Origin: Longimicrobiales bacterium
GTDB taxonomy: Bacteria; Gemmatimonadota; Gemmatimonadetes; Longimicrobiales; Gaopeijiaceae
Length of the DNA: 64,000 nucleotides
Direction: 5' to 3'
Assembly: GCA_965238005.1 (NCBI GenBank)
Contig: OZ250165.1
Location: 1,216,001-1,280,000, forward strand
Both the position numbers and the translations under genes were made by a program. The notes beneath the pieces are model-generated. The model had not been told where the DNA came from. It saw only the letters and a list, made by a program, of their open reading frames with translations, and searched no databases. Each line of letters opens with the position of its first letter. The stretch's first letter is position 1. Positions 39,950 to 49,966 of this stretch are shown here, one piece after another.

Positions 39950-41551
39950 GAGTCTGCGCCGCAGAAGCACAGCTGACTGAGCCGAATGGTCATCGAGCCG
40001 TCCGCGGCGAGGCGGATCCGGGTGATTGGGAGGTTGAGGACTTGTGTCTGCGACGGATCGGGAGAGCGGAATGGATGCGTTGGGGGGGGCAAGAGAGCTA
40101 CGAGAGCCCTCGCGCCGGCAGATGCGGGTGAACCCTCGTGCAGTCATGCCGCCTGAAGGGTGTGCAGCCGCTTCACATTGAGTGCCAGGCACACGAGGGT
40201 CCACTCGGCCCGGACCTTCTCGAGGCCCCGGTAGCTGAATCGTCGAAAGCCCATCACTTCCTTGATCCAGCCGATGGGCGCCTCGGCCTGCGACTTTCGC
40301 CGTGCGTAGCGTCTGCGGCCATCTTCGCTCGCCAGCTTCTCCGCCATGCGGACTTTCGCCGGATATTCCTCCTTGTCAACCGTGGGGGCGGCCTTGCCCT
40401 CCCGGGCCAGCGCCACATACCCGTCGATGTCTCGCTCTTCCAGTTCCTCGAGATCCCGCTCGTTGCAATAGCCCGTGTCCGCCAGCACCTGCGCCGGCGT
40501 CTCGCCGTACGCTTGCGCCACCGCGTCGACCATGGGCACCAGCTGGCCCTGGTCGCTCGCGTTGTCCGTCACCTCGGCCCCGACCACCAGCTGGTTCTCC
40601 CCCTCCACGACCGTCTGTGCGTTGTAGCACTGCTGGAACCCCTCCGAACTCGTCTTCATGATCCGGCTCTCAGGGTCCGTGAAGTTGCTCTGCGCCGCCT
40701 CGTCCGGCTCTCCGTACTCCCGCTTGTAGGGCCTGCCGCCCTTCGGGTTGCGCGTCTGCCCCGGCTTGCGGCCCCGTGCGTCGTCCGCCGCTCTCTGCTC
40801 GGCTTCCAGGCGCGCCTTCGCCTCCCGGATCGCCGCCAGCCGGTCCTCGCGCCGCTTGAGCTCCTCCGGCACCTCGTCTCCGCATGCTTCCTCGCCGTAG
40901 CGCTCGTCTTCCGCTTCGTCCACCGCCTCGGCCCTCTCCAACAGCCCCCGGATCTCCGCCTCCAGCCGAGGCTCCCCGGTCACCATCCGGCCGTAGCTCA
41001 TCGCCTTGCGCTTGTTCGCGTTCGCCCGAACCTTCGTCCCGTCCACCGACACCCTGCCAAGCCCCGCCAGCCCCAAGGCCCGCGCGAGCATCACCACCTC
41101 CACAAACACCGCCCGGAAATCCCCGAGATGGCGCTTGCGGAACTCGCACAGCGTCCGGTGCTTCGGGAAGTTCTCCGCCGCCAGCATCCGAAACGCGACA
41201 TCCTCCTCCAGCTTCCTCGCCATCTTCCGCGACGAGAAGGTGCCCGTCGCATACGCGTAGATCAGCACCTTGACCATCATCCGAGGGTCGTACGGCGAGT
41301 TGCGCCGCCCGTCCCCCCGGTACCGCCCGTAGAACGCGCTCAGCTCCACCGCGTCCACCAGGTCGCTCACATGGTGCGCCAAATGACCCTCCGACACCCA
41401 CTCCCGAAGATCCGGAGGCAGCAACAACATCTGCTCCGGATCGTACGGTCGAAATGTCGTTCCCATTCACCCCCCTCGGTGATCCGCAAGCCTTCCCAAT
41501 GCCTTCGCTACCACCAAAGATAGCCGCCGCAGGGTTCTGCGGCGCAGACTC
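39950..41551 (-). mobile_element. IS1182-family element with CTAG target duplication
   Basis: 17-bp perfect IRs GAGTCTGCGCCGCAGAA / TTCTGCGGCGCAGACTC, CTAG on both sides. Confidence 0.95.
40144..41466 (-). CDS. IS1182-family transposase
   Basis: LLLPPDLREWV, YDPRMMVKVLIYAY, SVDGTKVRANA, NFTDPESRIMK, YNAQ, LADTGY. Confidence 0.95.
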   Translation of the reverse strand: MGTTFRPYDPEQMLLLPPDLREWVSEGHLAHHVSDLVDAVELSAFYGRYRGDGRRNSPYDPRMMVKVLIYAYATGTFSSRKMARKLEEDVAFRMLAAENFPKHRTLCEFRKRHLGDFRAVFVEVVMLARALGLAGLGRVSVDGTKVRANANKRKAMSYGRMVTGEPRLEAEIRGLLERAEAVDEAEDERYGEEACGDEVPEELKRREDRLAAIREAKARLEAEQRAADDARGRKPGQTRNPKGGRPYKREYGEPDEAAQSNFTDPESRIMKTSSEGFQQCYNAQTVVEGENQLVVGAEVTDNASDQGQLVPMVDAVAQAYGETPAQVLADTGYCNERDLEELEERDIDGYVALAREGKAAPTVDKEEYPAKVRMAEKLASEDGRRRYARRKSQAEAPIGWIKEVMGFRRFSYRGLEKVRAEWTLVCLALNVKRLHTLQAA

Positions 41552-43628
41552 CTAGCTTCAGCTGATGGGCCGGCGGCGGCAGCCCTCTGGTTGGGAATAG
41601 TGTTTGCGCCCAGTCTACTGGAGGCTCAGCAAGCCAAACGACCCGATCCCCGAATCATGGTAGGGTCGAACGTCCAGATCAGCAGCTCTTTCGCGGATCG
41701 TCCCCACGCCGAGGCGATCGCCGCTGCTGATCCGGATAATGCTGGACGCATGGTCACCTGCGCCATGGAATACTACGAGGACCGGGATCTCCACGCCCAG
41801 CACTGCTATTCCTCCTTTGATGGAGCAAAGAGCTGGGAGCCGACGCTGATCTTAAATGACGCCCGGGTCGCCGGTGATCCCACCGCGTATTACAGCTATG
41901 GAGATACCGCGTACATCGTCTCCCTTATCACGCCATATGACGAAGTCTGGAACTACAAATACAAGACCCACGTCTTCCGCTCTCTAGACGGTGGGCGCAG
42001 CTGGAACGAGACCGCCGAGTACCGCAACGTGGACCGGGAATACATCATCGGGGACCGGACCGGTGGAGAGTACGACGGCCGGATCTATATCAACGGTCAG
42101 GGAAGTGTTCGGGGGATGAGGGATGAGCGTCCCCCGGGGATCTATCTTTTTCACTCCGAAGATGGCGGCCAGACGATCAAGGGACCTGCCGTTCGCATGA
42201 ACATGAAGGGAGGCGGGCTGGCGGGAGTGACGAATATGGTCGTCCTCTCCGATGGTACGGTAGGGATGCTCTTTGGGCATACCAAGCAGGGACGCACTCA
42301 AGACCTCACGGTGAACGATGGCGACAACAGCGCCAACGCCACCATCGAGTTCCTCTACTCCGAGGATGGGGGAGAGACGCTGGAGCCATCGGTAGTCGTA
42401 GGCCAATTCTACAAGGACCGGCCTCGCTCCCAAGGGGCCCTCATCAGCCAGCTCGCCGTGGACGCTACCGACGGCCCCTTCAAGGATCGACTTTACGCCG
42501 TCTGGCCCGATGCCCGTGAAGACCGGGTCCAGGTTCTCTTCTCCTATTCAGCCGACAAGGGAAAGCGCTGGTCCCAGCCCCTTACCGTCAACGATGACCG
42601 CTCCTTCGACGACATGGAGAAGAAACGGGACCATATCCTTCCGGCGGTGGCGGTGAACAAGGACGGAGTCGTGGCCGTGACCTGGTACGACCGGCGGGAA
42701 AGCACGGACAATCTGGGCTGGAGGGTTCGGGTCGCCGCATCGTTGGATGGAGGAGAGACCTTTACAGCCAGCGTGCCGGTGTCTAGCCAACCGAACGCCT
42801 ATACCAGCAAGATTCGCTGGCCCCTTGGAACCTCAGCCCGGACCGACAGCACCAACGCCATGGTTACGATGGGACTCGGCCTCGATCTCTTCTTCGGGAG
42901 CGGAGGACACACCACGGGGCTGGTGGCCGACGCCAATGGAGTCTTTCACCCGGTTTGGGTGGATAACCGTACCGGGGTCAGTCAGATGTGGACCGCACCG
43001 GTGACGATTCAGGGCAAAGCGGTGGAGAATGGCTCAGCGGAGCTGGCGGAGCTGGAGAATATCTCCAGGAAGGTAGGGGTCGATCTGAGATACACCTCCT
43101 TCGATCGTGCCACCAACACCGCAACGGCCAAGATCCGGATCAAGAATGTCTCTGACGAGACCATCACCGGGCCTCTCAAGATGAGGGTTGTTGGCCTCAG
43201 CTCCGGGATGGGAACCCCGGAGATCCTGGGTGCGGAGAACGGCATCTCCGGAATCGGCGCCGTCTGGGACCTCACCTCCATCCTCCCCAATGAAGGGCTC
43301 CCCCCCGACGCCTACTCGGAGGAGCAGGAGCTGACGTTCCGCCTCTCCAACCTTCAGCCTCTGAAGGGCGGGAGAGAGTACAAGGGTTGGATGGTGAGTA
43401 TGCAGACCCGGGTGCTCGGGAAGACCAAGTGATCCGAGTGATCCGATCAGATTCGTCGATGAGCTAGGATACGTATCTTTATATCGTGAGTATACGTATG
43501 AGGTTGCATGCCCAAGAAGGAAGGAAGACCGCTTGCGCGGCCGAACGGAAGGATGAAGGATGAGGGTGCGGCCGCGCCCTCGGTGGCTACCAGACTTCTG
43601 AAACACCACACCAGCCGTGAGGTCCGAC

Positions 43629-45788
43629 ATGCTGTCGTCCCCCCGAATCCGTGACGCGCTCCTCGTCGTCCTGCTCGTGGTCCTGGGATCTCCGTTTCCC
43701 ACGCTCGGCCAGTCGTTCAGCATCGACGACATCCTCAGCCCGGGCTATCCCATGAGCCTCGTGTCGGCCAAGGACTCCGACCGCATCGCGTGGATCGAGT
43801 TCGAGCGCGGCATGCGGAACCTGTATACTGCCGCCGCGCCGGCCTTTCGACCGCTCCGCCTCACCGACTACATGGACGACGACGGCCATGACATGTCCGA
43901 GGCGCAGATCTCCGACGACGGCTCCATCGTGGTCTTCCTTCGTGGTCACACCCCCAACCGCGACGGGTGGATCGCAAACGTGACGAGCGATCCGCGAGGC
44001 ACAGAGCGAGCCATCTGGGCCGCGAACACCAGAGGTGGGCGGCCCTGGCGAGTGGCGGAAGCGTGGAACGTGGCGCTCTCACCCGACGGGAAGTGGGTGG
44101 CCTACAGCAAGGACGGAGCGATTCACCGCGCCGCTGTGAACCCCGGCACCCACAACGCCGAGGCGGTGGACAACTCGCCGCCGCTGTTCAGCACCTTCGG
44201 CGACAACCGGAGCCCCGTGTGGTCACCAGATTCCAAGAGGATCGCCTTCGTCAGCGATCGTGGGGACCACAGCTTCATCGGCGTCTACGACACCGAGAAC
44301 CCGAGCATCCTCTACTTGGCTCCCGGTGTCGATCGGGACACGAGCCCGACGTGGTCGGCCGACGGCGCCCGCATCGCCTTCATCCGTAGGCCGGGCCTGC
44401 CCTTCGGCGATCGAGCGGATCCAGGGGAGGCGACTGAGGACGACCTCCCCGACGGGCTTCTGACGGCGCGCTTCGCTGGCGGCTACGACTGGTCCATCTG
44501 GGTTGCCGACGTGGTAGAGGGCGCGGGCTGGGAGCTCTGGCACAACGATCCCGGCGACGAGCTCCATCGGGAGGTGAGGGAGGTCGTCTGGGCCGGAGAC
44601 AACGTCATCTTCCAGGCCGAGCCCGACGGCTGGCGGCACTACTACACCGTCTCCGTCTCGCATCCGGAGGATGGGGCCGTGCTCCTCACGCCCGGGGACG
44701 GCATCGCCGAGCACATCTCCCTCTCCAGGGAGGGGCGGACGCTCTACTACGCCACCAACGCCGAGGACATCGACCGGCGGCACCTCTGGAAGGTCCCGAC
44801 GTCCGGCGGACGGGCGGTACAGCTCAGCCGCGGTAGTGGCGTGGAGACCTATCCCGCCGCGCTGGCATCGGACGACGCCGTGGCGACGCTGGCCGGTGGG
44901 GCCGCCCGGCCGCTCTCGGTTGCCGTCGTCCCGAGGGAAGGGGGGGAGCCCCGCTTCATCACGTCCCTTTCGGAGGAGTTCCCGCTGGACCGGCACGTGA
45001 CCCCCGAGGCCGTCACCCTCACCGCCGAGGACGACTTCGAGTTCTACAACCAGATCTTCCTGCCCCCGGACCTCGGGCCGGGCGAGAAGCGGCCGGCCCT
45101 GCTGTTCATCCACGGGGGCTCTCGCCGGCAGATGCTCCTGGGCTACCACTACATGCACTTCTACCACATGGCGTACGCGATGAATCAGTACTTCGCGAAC
45201 AAGGGCTACATCGTCATGTCGGTGAATTACCGGAGCGGCATCGGCTACGGGCGGGAGTTCCGGAACGCTCCTGGGCGGGGTGGTGAGGGGAACACCGAGT
45301 ACCAGGACATCATCGCCGTGGGGCGGTACCTGCAGGGCCGGCCGGACGTGGACACGGATCGCATCGGCGTGTGGGGGCTGTCGTACGGGGGGATTCTCAC
45401 CGCCCAGGCGCTGGCGCGAAACTCCGATGTCTTCGCGGCCGGTGTGGACATGGCCGGTGTGCACTTGCGGGGCAGCTACATCGATCCGGAGGTCCTGTCG
45501 TACCGGTCTTCGGCGATCTCGGCGGTGGAAGGGTGGACCTCCCCCGTGCTGCTCGTGCACGGCGACGACGACCGGAACGTTCCCTTCTCCCAGACGGTGG
45601 GGCTGGTGCAGGCACTCCGGGCGGTCGGCGCGCCGTACGAGCTCATCGTGTTCCCGGACGACGTGCATGACTCCCTGCTCTATGAGCGATGGCTCATCGC
45701 CTTCGGTGCCACGGACGAGTTCTTCGATCGTGCGATGATCCGTGGGGAGCCGATTCGGGTGGACGGGAGCAGAGCGCCGGGGCGCTGA
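43629..45788 (+). CDS. S9 (prolyl oligopeptidase/DPP-like) peptidase with PD40 propeller
   Basis: Signal peptide, WSPD repeats, IHGG, GLSYGG, HGDDDRNV, DDVH. Confidence 0.93.
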   Translation: MLSSPRIRDALLVVLLVVLGSPFPTLGQSFSIDDILSPGYPMSLVSAKDSDRIAWIEFERGMRNLYTAAAPAFRPLRLTDYMDDDGHDMSEAQISDDGSIVVFLRGHTPNRDGWIANVTSDPRGTERAIWAANTRGGRPWRVAEAWNVALSPDGKWVAYSKDGAIHRAAVNPGTHNAEAVDNSPPLFSTFGDNRSPVWSPDSKRIAFVSDRGDHSFIGVYDTENPSILYLAPGVDRDTSPTWSADGARIAFIRRPGLPFGDRADPGEATEDDLPDGLLTARFAGGYDWSIWVADVVEGAGWELWHNDPGDELHREVREVVWAGDNVIFQAEPDGWRHYYTVSVSHPEDGAVLLTPGDGIAEHISLSREGRTLYYATNAEDIDRRHLWKVPTSGGRAVQLSRGSGVETYPAALASDDAVATLAGGAARPLSVAVVPREGGEPRFITSLSEEFPLDRHVTPEAVTLTAEDDFEFYNQIFLPPDLGPGEKRPALLFIHGGSRRQMLLGYHYMHFYHMAYAMNQYFANKGYIVMSVNYRSGIGYGREFRNAPGRGGEGNTEYQDIIAVGRYLQGRPDVDTDRIGVWGLSYGGILTAQALARNSDVFAAGVDMAGVHLRGSYIDPEVLSYRSSAISAVEGWTSPVLLVHGDDDRNVPFSQTVGLVQALRAVGAPYELIVFPDDVHDSLLYERWLIAFGATDEFFDRAMIRGEPIRVDGSRAPGR

Positions 45789-45907
45789 GGGGAGGGAGAG
45801 GCGGGCACCTTGCTGCCGCTCACGGGGCACCCCATCCTGACTTCCGGTTCGGGTCTTGACGATCGGTCCCACGCTCGGTTCAACGGATCATCCCTTGGAG
45901 GCTCTCC

Positions 45908-47536
45908 ATGCGTCGCTCACTCACGCTCTCCCTCGCGATCGGACTGGTATTCGCGACGGGGCTCTCGGCTCAGAACATCGATCCACGGCTGGAGTCCTTG
46001 AAGGAAGAGGCCCTCGGGAAGGTCCAGGACCGAGCCAAGATGGTTCAGGAGATCATCGACCAACTGTATTCCTTCGGCGAGTTGGGAATGCAGGAGTTCG
46101 AGACCCAGCGCTACCTGACGGGCCTGCTCGAGGAGAACGGCTTCGAGATCGAGCTGGGCGTTGCCGGCATGCCCAGCGCCTGGACGGCGAGGTGGGGCTC
46201 GGGCAGCCCAGTGATCGCCCTCGGGTCCGACATCGATGGAATCCCGCAGTCGAACCAGAAGCCCGGAGTGGGCTACCGCGAGGCCATCGTCTCCATGGCG
46301 CCCGGACACGGAGAGGGGCACAACTCCGGCCAGGCCGTGAACATCGTCGCGGCGCTGGCCGTGAAGGAGATCATGGAGCGGGAGAACATCTCGGGAACTC
46401 TCCTGATCTGGCCGGGCGTCGCCGAGGAGCAGCTGGCGTCCAAGGCCTTCTTCGTGCGGGAGGGCGTGTTCGAGGGCGTAGACGTAAACCTCTTCACGCA
46501 CGTCAGCTCGGGCTTCGGCATGAGCTGGGGCCACACCAGGGGCAACGCCCTGATCTCCGCGCAGTTCCGCTTCAAGGGTGAGACCGCTCACTCGGCCGGC
46601 TCGCCCTGGCGGGGCCGCTCGGCGCTAGACGCGGTCATGCTGATGGCGCAGGCGTGGGAGTTCAAGCGCGAACATCTGCGGCCTGCTGCCCGGTCGCACT
46701 ACATCATCGTGGAGGGTGGAGATCAGCCCAACGTGGTGCCCCAGAGGGCCACTATATGGTTCTACTTCCGGGAGAAGGATTACAAGCTGACCAAGGAGCA
46801 GTACGACGCGGCCATCAGGATGGCCGAGGGCGCGGCGCTCATGACCGACACCGAGATCGACACGATACAGATCGTGGGATCGGCCTGGACCCGCCACTTC
46901 AGCAAACCGGTGGCCGAAACCACCTACGCCAACATCCAGCGCGTCGGGCTGCCCGAATGGGACGAGGCCGACATCGAGCTGGCGCACGCCCTACAGCGGG
47001 AGCTTGGCCAGGAGGAGGAGGGACTGCCCGACTCGATCCCCGAGCTCACGGGTCCGATCGACCTCTCTACATATCTGGGAGGTGGCTCGGACGACATCGG
47101 CGACGTCTCGTGGAACATGCCGACGGTCACGCTCCGCTACCCCGCCAACATCCCCGGCGGGCCGGGGCACAACTGGGCGAACGGCATCGCCATGGCCACG
47201 CCGATCGCCCACAAGGGTACGCTGGCCGGGGCCAAGGTGCAGGCCCTGACGCTGCTCGACCTGATGCTGAACCCGCAGATCGTGACCGACGCGTGGACCT
47301 ACTTCAACGACGTCCAGAGCAAGGAACAGGAGTACATCCCCTTCATCGCTCCCACGGACAAGCCGGCCATCTTCCTCAATGAGGAGATCATGGCGAAGTG
47401 GCGGCCCCTGATGCGCCCGTTCTACTACGACGCGTCCCGATTCGACACGTACCTGGAGCAGTTGGGCATCGAATACCCAACCGTGAAGGCGACGCCGATC
47501 AGCGAGGAGCAGGAGCCGCAGGGGGGCTCGAACTGA
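45908..47536 (+). CDS. Secreted M20 amidohydrolase (AbgB-like)
   Basis: ELGMQEFET, GHGEGHN, AEE, AHSAGSPWRGRSALDA, GGDQPNVVP, GSDDIGDVSW. Confidence 0.9.
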   Translation: MRRSLTLSLAIGLVFATGLSAQNIDPRLESLKEEALGKVQDRAKMVQEIIDQLYSFGELGMQEFETQRYLTGLLEENGFEIELGVAGMPSAWTARWGSGSPVIALGSDIDGIPQSNQKPGVGYREAIVSMAPGHGEGHNSGQAVNIVAALAVKEIMERENISGTLLIWPGVAEEQLASKAFFVREGVFEGVDVNLFTHVSSGFGMSWGHTRGNALISAQFRFKGETAHSAGSPWRGRSALDAVMLMAQAWEFKREHLRPAARSHYIIVEGGDQPNVVPQRATIWFYFREKDYKLTKEQYDAAIRMAEGAALMTDTEIDTIQIVGSAWTRHFSKPVAETTYANIQRVGLPEWDEADIELAHALQRELGQEEEGLPDSIPELTGPIDLSTYLGGGSDDIGDVSWNMPTVTLRYPANIPGGPGHNWANGIAMATPIAHKGTLAGAKVQALTLLDLMLNPQIVTDAWTYFNDVQSKEQEYIPFIAPTDKPAIFLNEEIMAKWRPLMRPFYYDASRFDTYLEQLGIEYPTVKATPISEEQEPQGGSN

Positions 47537-47771
47537 CGCCTCCGCAGCGAGGGCTCAACCGAACTCGGACGCCCGGAATGACCTCATGACCCAGGACCGT
47601 GTGCCGTCCTCCTCGAAAGACGGAGGGTCCGTGATATGTGAATTAACCCCCATGGTCTCGATGACCGATCTTTGACCTACCGTCGGAAATTTACAACCGA
47701 ACGGAAACACCTCCCAGACGTGGATGTGGCCACAGCCGGCGGATGGACGTCTACCGTGAGCCTGAAAACGT

Positions 47772-47802
47772 CCTACCAGCAGGCCGACAGCGAGACTACC
47801 TT
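47772..47802 (+). promoter_or_regulatory. Putative promoter block of tRNA-Ala fragment 2
   Basis: CTACCA-18 nt-TACCTT, homologous to 31081-31111. Confidence 0.5.
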
Positions 47803-47942
47803 ACGGGTCGTTCTTGGGGTGGGCGAACTTCGGGAGGCCCAGTGAAACCCCCGAACATGCACAGAAACGTAGACACTCGTTCGTCGGCGGGGATTAGCGG
47901 AAACAGAAATCTCGCTTACCTACGCGAATAAGGCAGGACAGA

Positions 47943-47980
47943 GGGGCCATAGCTCAGTTGGGAGAGCGCTGGCTTTGCAA
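47943..47980 (+). tRNA. 5' half of tRNA-Ala(UGC), truncated at the anticodon loop (att-like fragment 2)
   Basis: 47940-47980 is identical to 31171-31211 (41 bp); followed by AT-rich non-tRNA sequence. Confidence 0.88.
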
Positions 47981-48081
47981 AGCAGAGCCCGCTTCGACGG
48001 ATTTGGTATAAAATAAAGCACGGCAACGATTTACTGACACATCCTACAAAGCCCTTGGTACAGATTTAACGGGCCTTACGC

Positions 48082-48111
48082 TCCCAAACCATCCCAAACT
48101 TGAACCCAAGG
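48082..48111 (+). repeat. Three short direct repeats (TCCCAAAC, TCCCAAAC, ACCCAAGG), possible integrase arm-type sites
   Basis: Spaced 10-12 bp, about 100 bp inside the att-like junction. Confidence 0.45.
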
Positions 48112-48255
48112 TGAGCCGGTGTCATCATTCAGGTTGGGAGATGAGCGACGCAACTCAATCCTGCGCGGTTCAGCGGGGACATAAGTGGCTTGCCGAGCGG
48201 TCCGGAGAGACCAAGATTCGTGCCTGAGCCTTGTGTACATCTCACATTGTAAAGT

Positions 48256-48513
48256 ATGGAACTCCGGAACCGGATTCTCGTCTACGCGGCCGCAGGGGCA
48301 TTGACCGGACTCGTGATTTCGCTTTGGGCATCAATGATGTATGGGGTTGTTCACGTGGTCCACGAGAGTTCGGTTACATTGGATCCCTCTGGCCCGCGCC
48401 TACCTTCCGTCTTCCGTGTCACGGGAGCGTACGTCATTGGCGGAGCACTCGCGGGCGCGGTGTGGGGTGGGCTCCTACCCCTGACCAAAAGCCCACTTCT
48501 TTGTTGGTCGTGA
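48256..48513 (+). CDS. Small membrane protein or remnant
   Basis: Two hydrophobic Gly-rich segments; no family recognised. Confidence 0.4.
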   Translation: MELRNRILVYAAAGALTGLVISLWASMMYGVVHVVHESSVTLDPSGPRLPSVFRVTGAYVIGGALAGAVWGGLLPLTKSPLLCWS

Positions 48514-48598
48514 TCGGTCCTCAGAGCTTCGGGCTTGTTTGGTTTCCTAAACGGGCATAGTTTCTGTCGACGGAAACAGTGCTTGTTTAGGAAACATC

Positions 48599-49648
48599 AT
48601 GAAACTCCCGGAAGCCCTCAAGCGAGTCCCGGAACTGCTGCGGGAACTCACCTACGTAGATGTTGCTCTCGTACCAGATGCGGTAGTTCAGGGTCACACT
48701 CGGCATGGTCCCGACCTCGTGCTGAGTGTTGCGGACGGTGTTTTCTGGGTTGAGTACAAGCCACGAAGCGTAGCGGAGTCGATCGGCGGGGCTCTCGCTC
48801 AAGTGGATTCGTGGCTAGCGCTAGACGGCGTATCAAGCTGGACTCCACTAGTAGTCGTTCCACACATGGGTGACGTCGGACGCAGGCTGTGTGAGCAAGC
48901 AGGTGTGAACTGGTTGGACCTGTCAGGGAATGCGCATGTCCGGGCACCGGGCCTGAACGTAAACGTCTCCGGACAGCCGAACCTCTACCCGGCCACTGGG
49001 CGTCCTCAGAACCTCTTTGCGCCCAAGGCCGCGCGGGTGGCGAGGGCCCTGCTGATGCACCCAAACCGCCGGTGGTCACATCAATCACTCGTTTCTGAAA
49101 CTGCCCTCTCGAAAGGCTATGTCAGCAAGTTACTCAGCCGTATGGAGACGGCAGCATTCGTCGAGAAGGGTGAGGGTCTCAACTACGTGCTCCGAGATTC
49201 GGAGTCGCTCCTCACAGCGTGGACGGAATCGTATGACTTCACGCGGCAGAGAGTGGTCAGAGGCTTCGTAGCCGAACGCACCCCTGAGGCGATCCTCAGG
49301 CGACTGGTTGAGCGACTGAATGGGATCGCAGTGAGAGTTGCTATCACCGGTCTGGCTGCAGCATGGCACTACGATCGTCATGCTGGATACCGACTCTGTT
49401 CCCTATACGCTTCGCCCATGCCCGTGTCCGAAAGACTGGCCGAGTTCGGCTTCCGGCAGGTGGAAAGTGGTGCGAACACGTGGCTGGTCGAACCTTCCGA
49501 TGACAGCGTGTTCACCGGTGCTGTCGCAGGAGATGGCCTGCCCTATGTAAGCCCACTCCAGGCGTACCTCGACCTGAAGGGTCACCCCGAACGAGCGGCA
49601 GAAGCGGCCGATGTTCTCCGCCCGCGGGTGCTGGGGGTGGCCGGATGA
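48599..49648 (+). CDS. AbiEi-type (type IV TA) antitoxin-like protein
   Basis: GVNWLDLSGNAHV, NLFAPKAARVARALL, wHTH LSKGYVSKLL, VSPLQAYLDL..HPERAAEAA. Confidence 0.8.
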   Translation: MKLPEALKRVPELLRELTYVDVALVPDAVVQGHTRHGPDLVLSVADGVFWVEYKPRSVAESIGGALAQVDSWLALDGVSSWTPLVVVPHMGDVGRRLCEQAGVNWLDLSGNAHVRAPGLNVNVSGQPNLYPATGRPQNLFAPKAARVARALLMHPNRRWSHQSLVSETALSKGYVSKLLSRMETAAFVEKGEGLNYVLRDSESLLTAWTESYDFTRQRVVRGFVAERTPEAILRRLVERLNGIAVRVAITGLAAAWHYDRHAGYRLCSLYASPMPVSERLAEFGFRQVESGANTWLVEPSDDSVFTGAVAGDGLPYVSPLQAYLDLKGHPERAAEAADVLRPRVLGVAG

Positions 49649-49966
49649 AGGACAAGCCTCAGGTAGCTTCAGGGTATTCGCCTGAATGGGTAGCGGATGC
49701 GCGGGCCGCCCTCCTGTACGCCGCCACTGTCTTGGGCGATCTACTCGATGAAGACCTCGTCGTTGTAGGCGGACTGATTCCAAGTATCCTCATTGCCCAG
49801 GATCCACCGCCGGAGGGCGTGCCACTCCACCCGGGCACGATGGACCTGGACTTGGGACTGAGCCTTGGGCTTCTTGACGATGCCCGGTACTCCGAGATAG
49901 CTAAGCGGCTCCGGCAGGCGGGGTTCGAGGTACACAAGAATGATGTTGGTAACGCGGTGCTCCCTT
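49645..49966 (+). pseudogene. AbiEii-like nucleotidyltransferase toxin, N-terminal ~107 aa, truncated by IS3
   Basis: ATGA overlap with the antitoxin; LVVVGGLIP...HPGTMDLDLG NTase motif. Confidence 0.78.

Larger units (their letters stand above)
39916..43432 (+). pseudogene. Secreted BNR/Asp-box (sialidase-like) beta-propeller with C-terminal Ig-like region; signal peptide interrupted by IS1182
   Basis: GGAGGA then ATG 39916 MKQDKKRMRIL joins ASADGPAAAALWLGIV after the IS, in frame with ORF 41591-43432; repeated SxDGGxxW/F boxes. Confidence 0.85.

Noticed and set aside
31174..47980. Split or trans-spliced tRNA genes
   Set aside because: Only 5' halves are present, no complementary 3' half or pairing leader was seen, and trans-spliced tRNAs are known from archaea; att fragments are the simpler explanation
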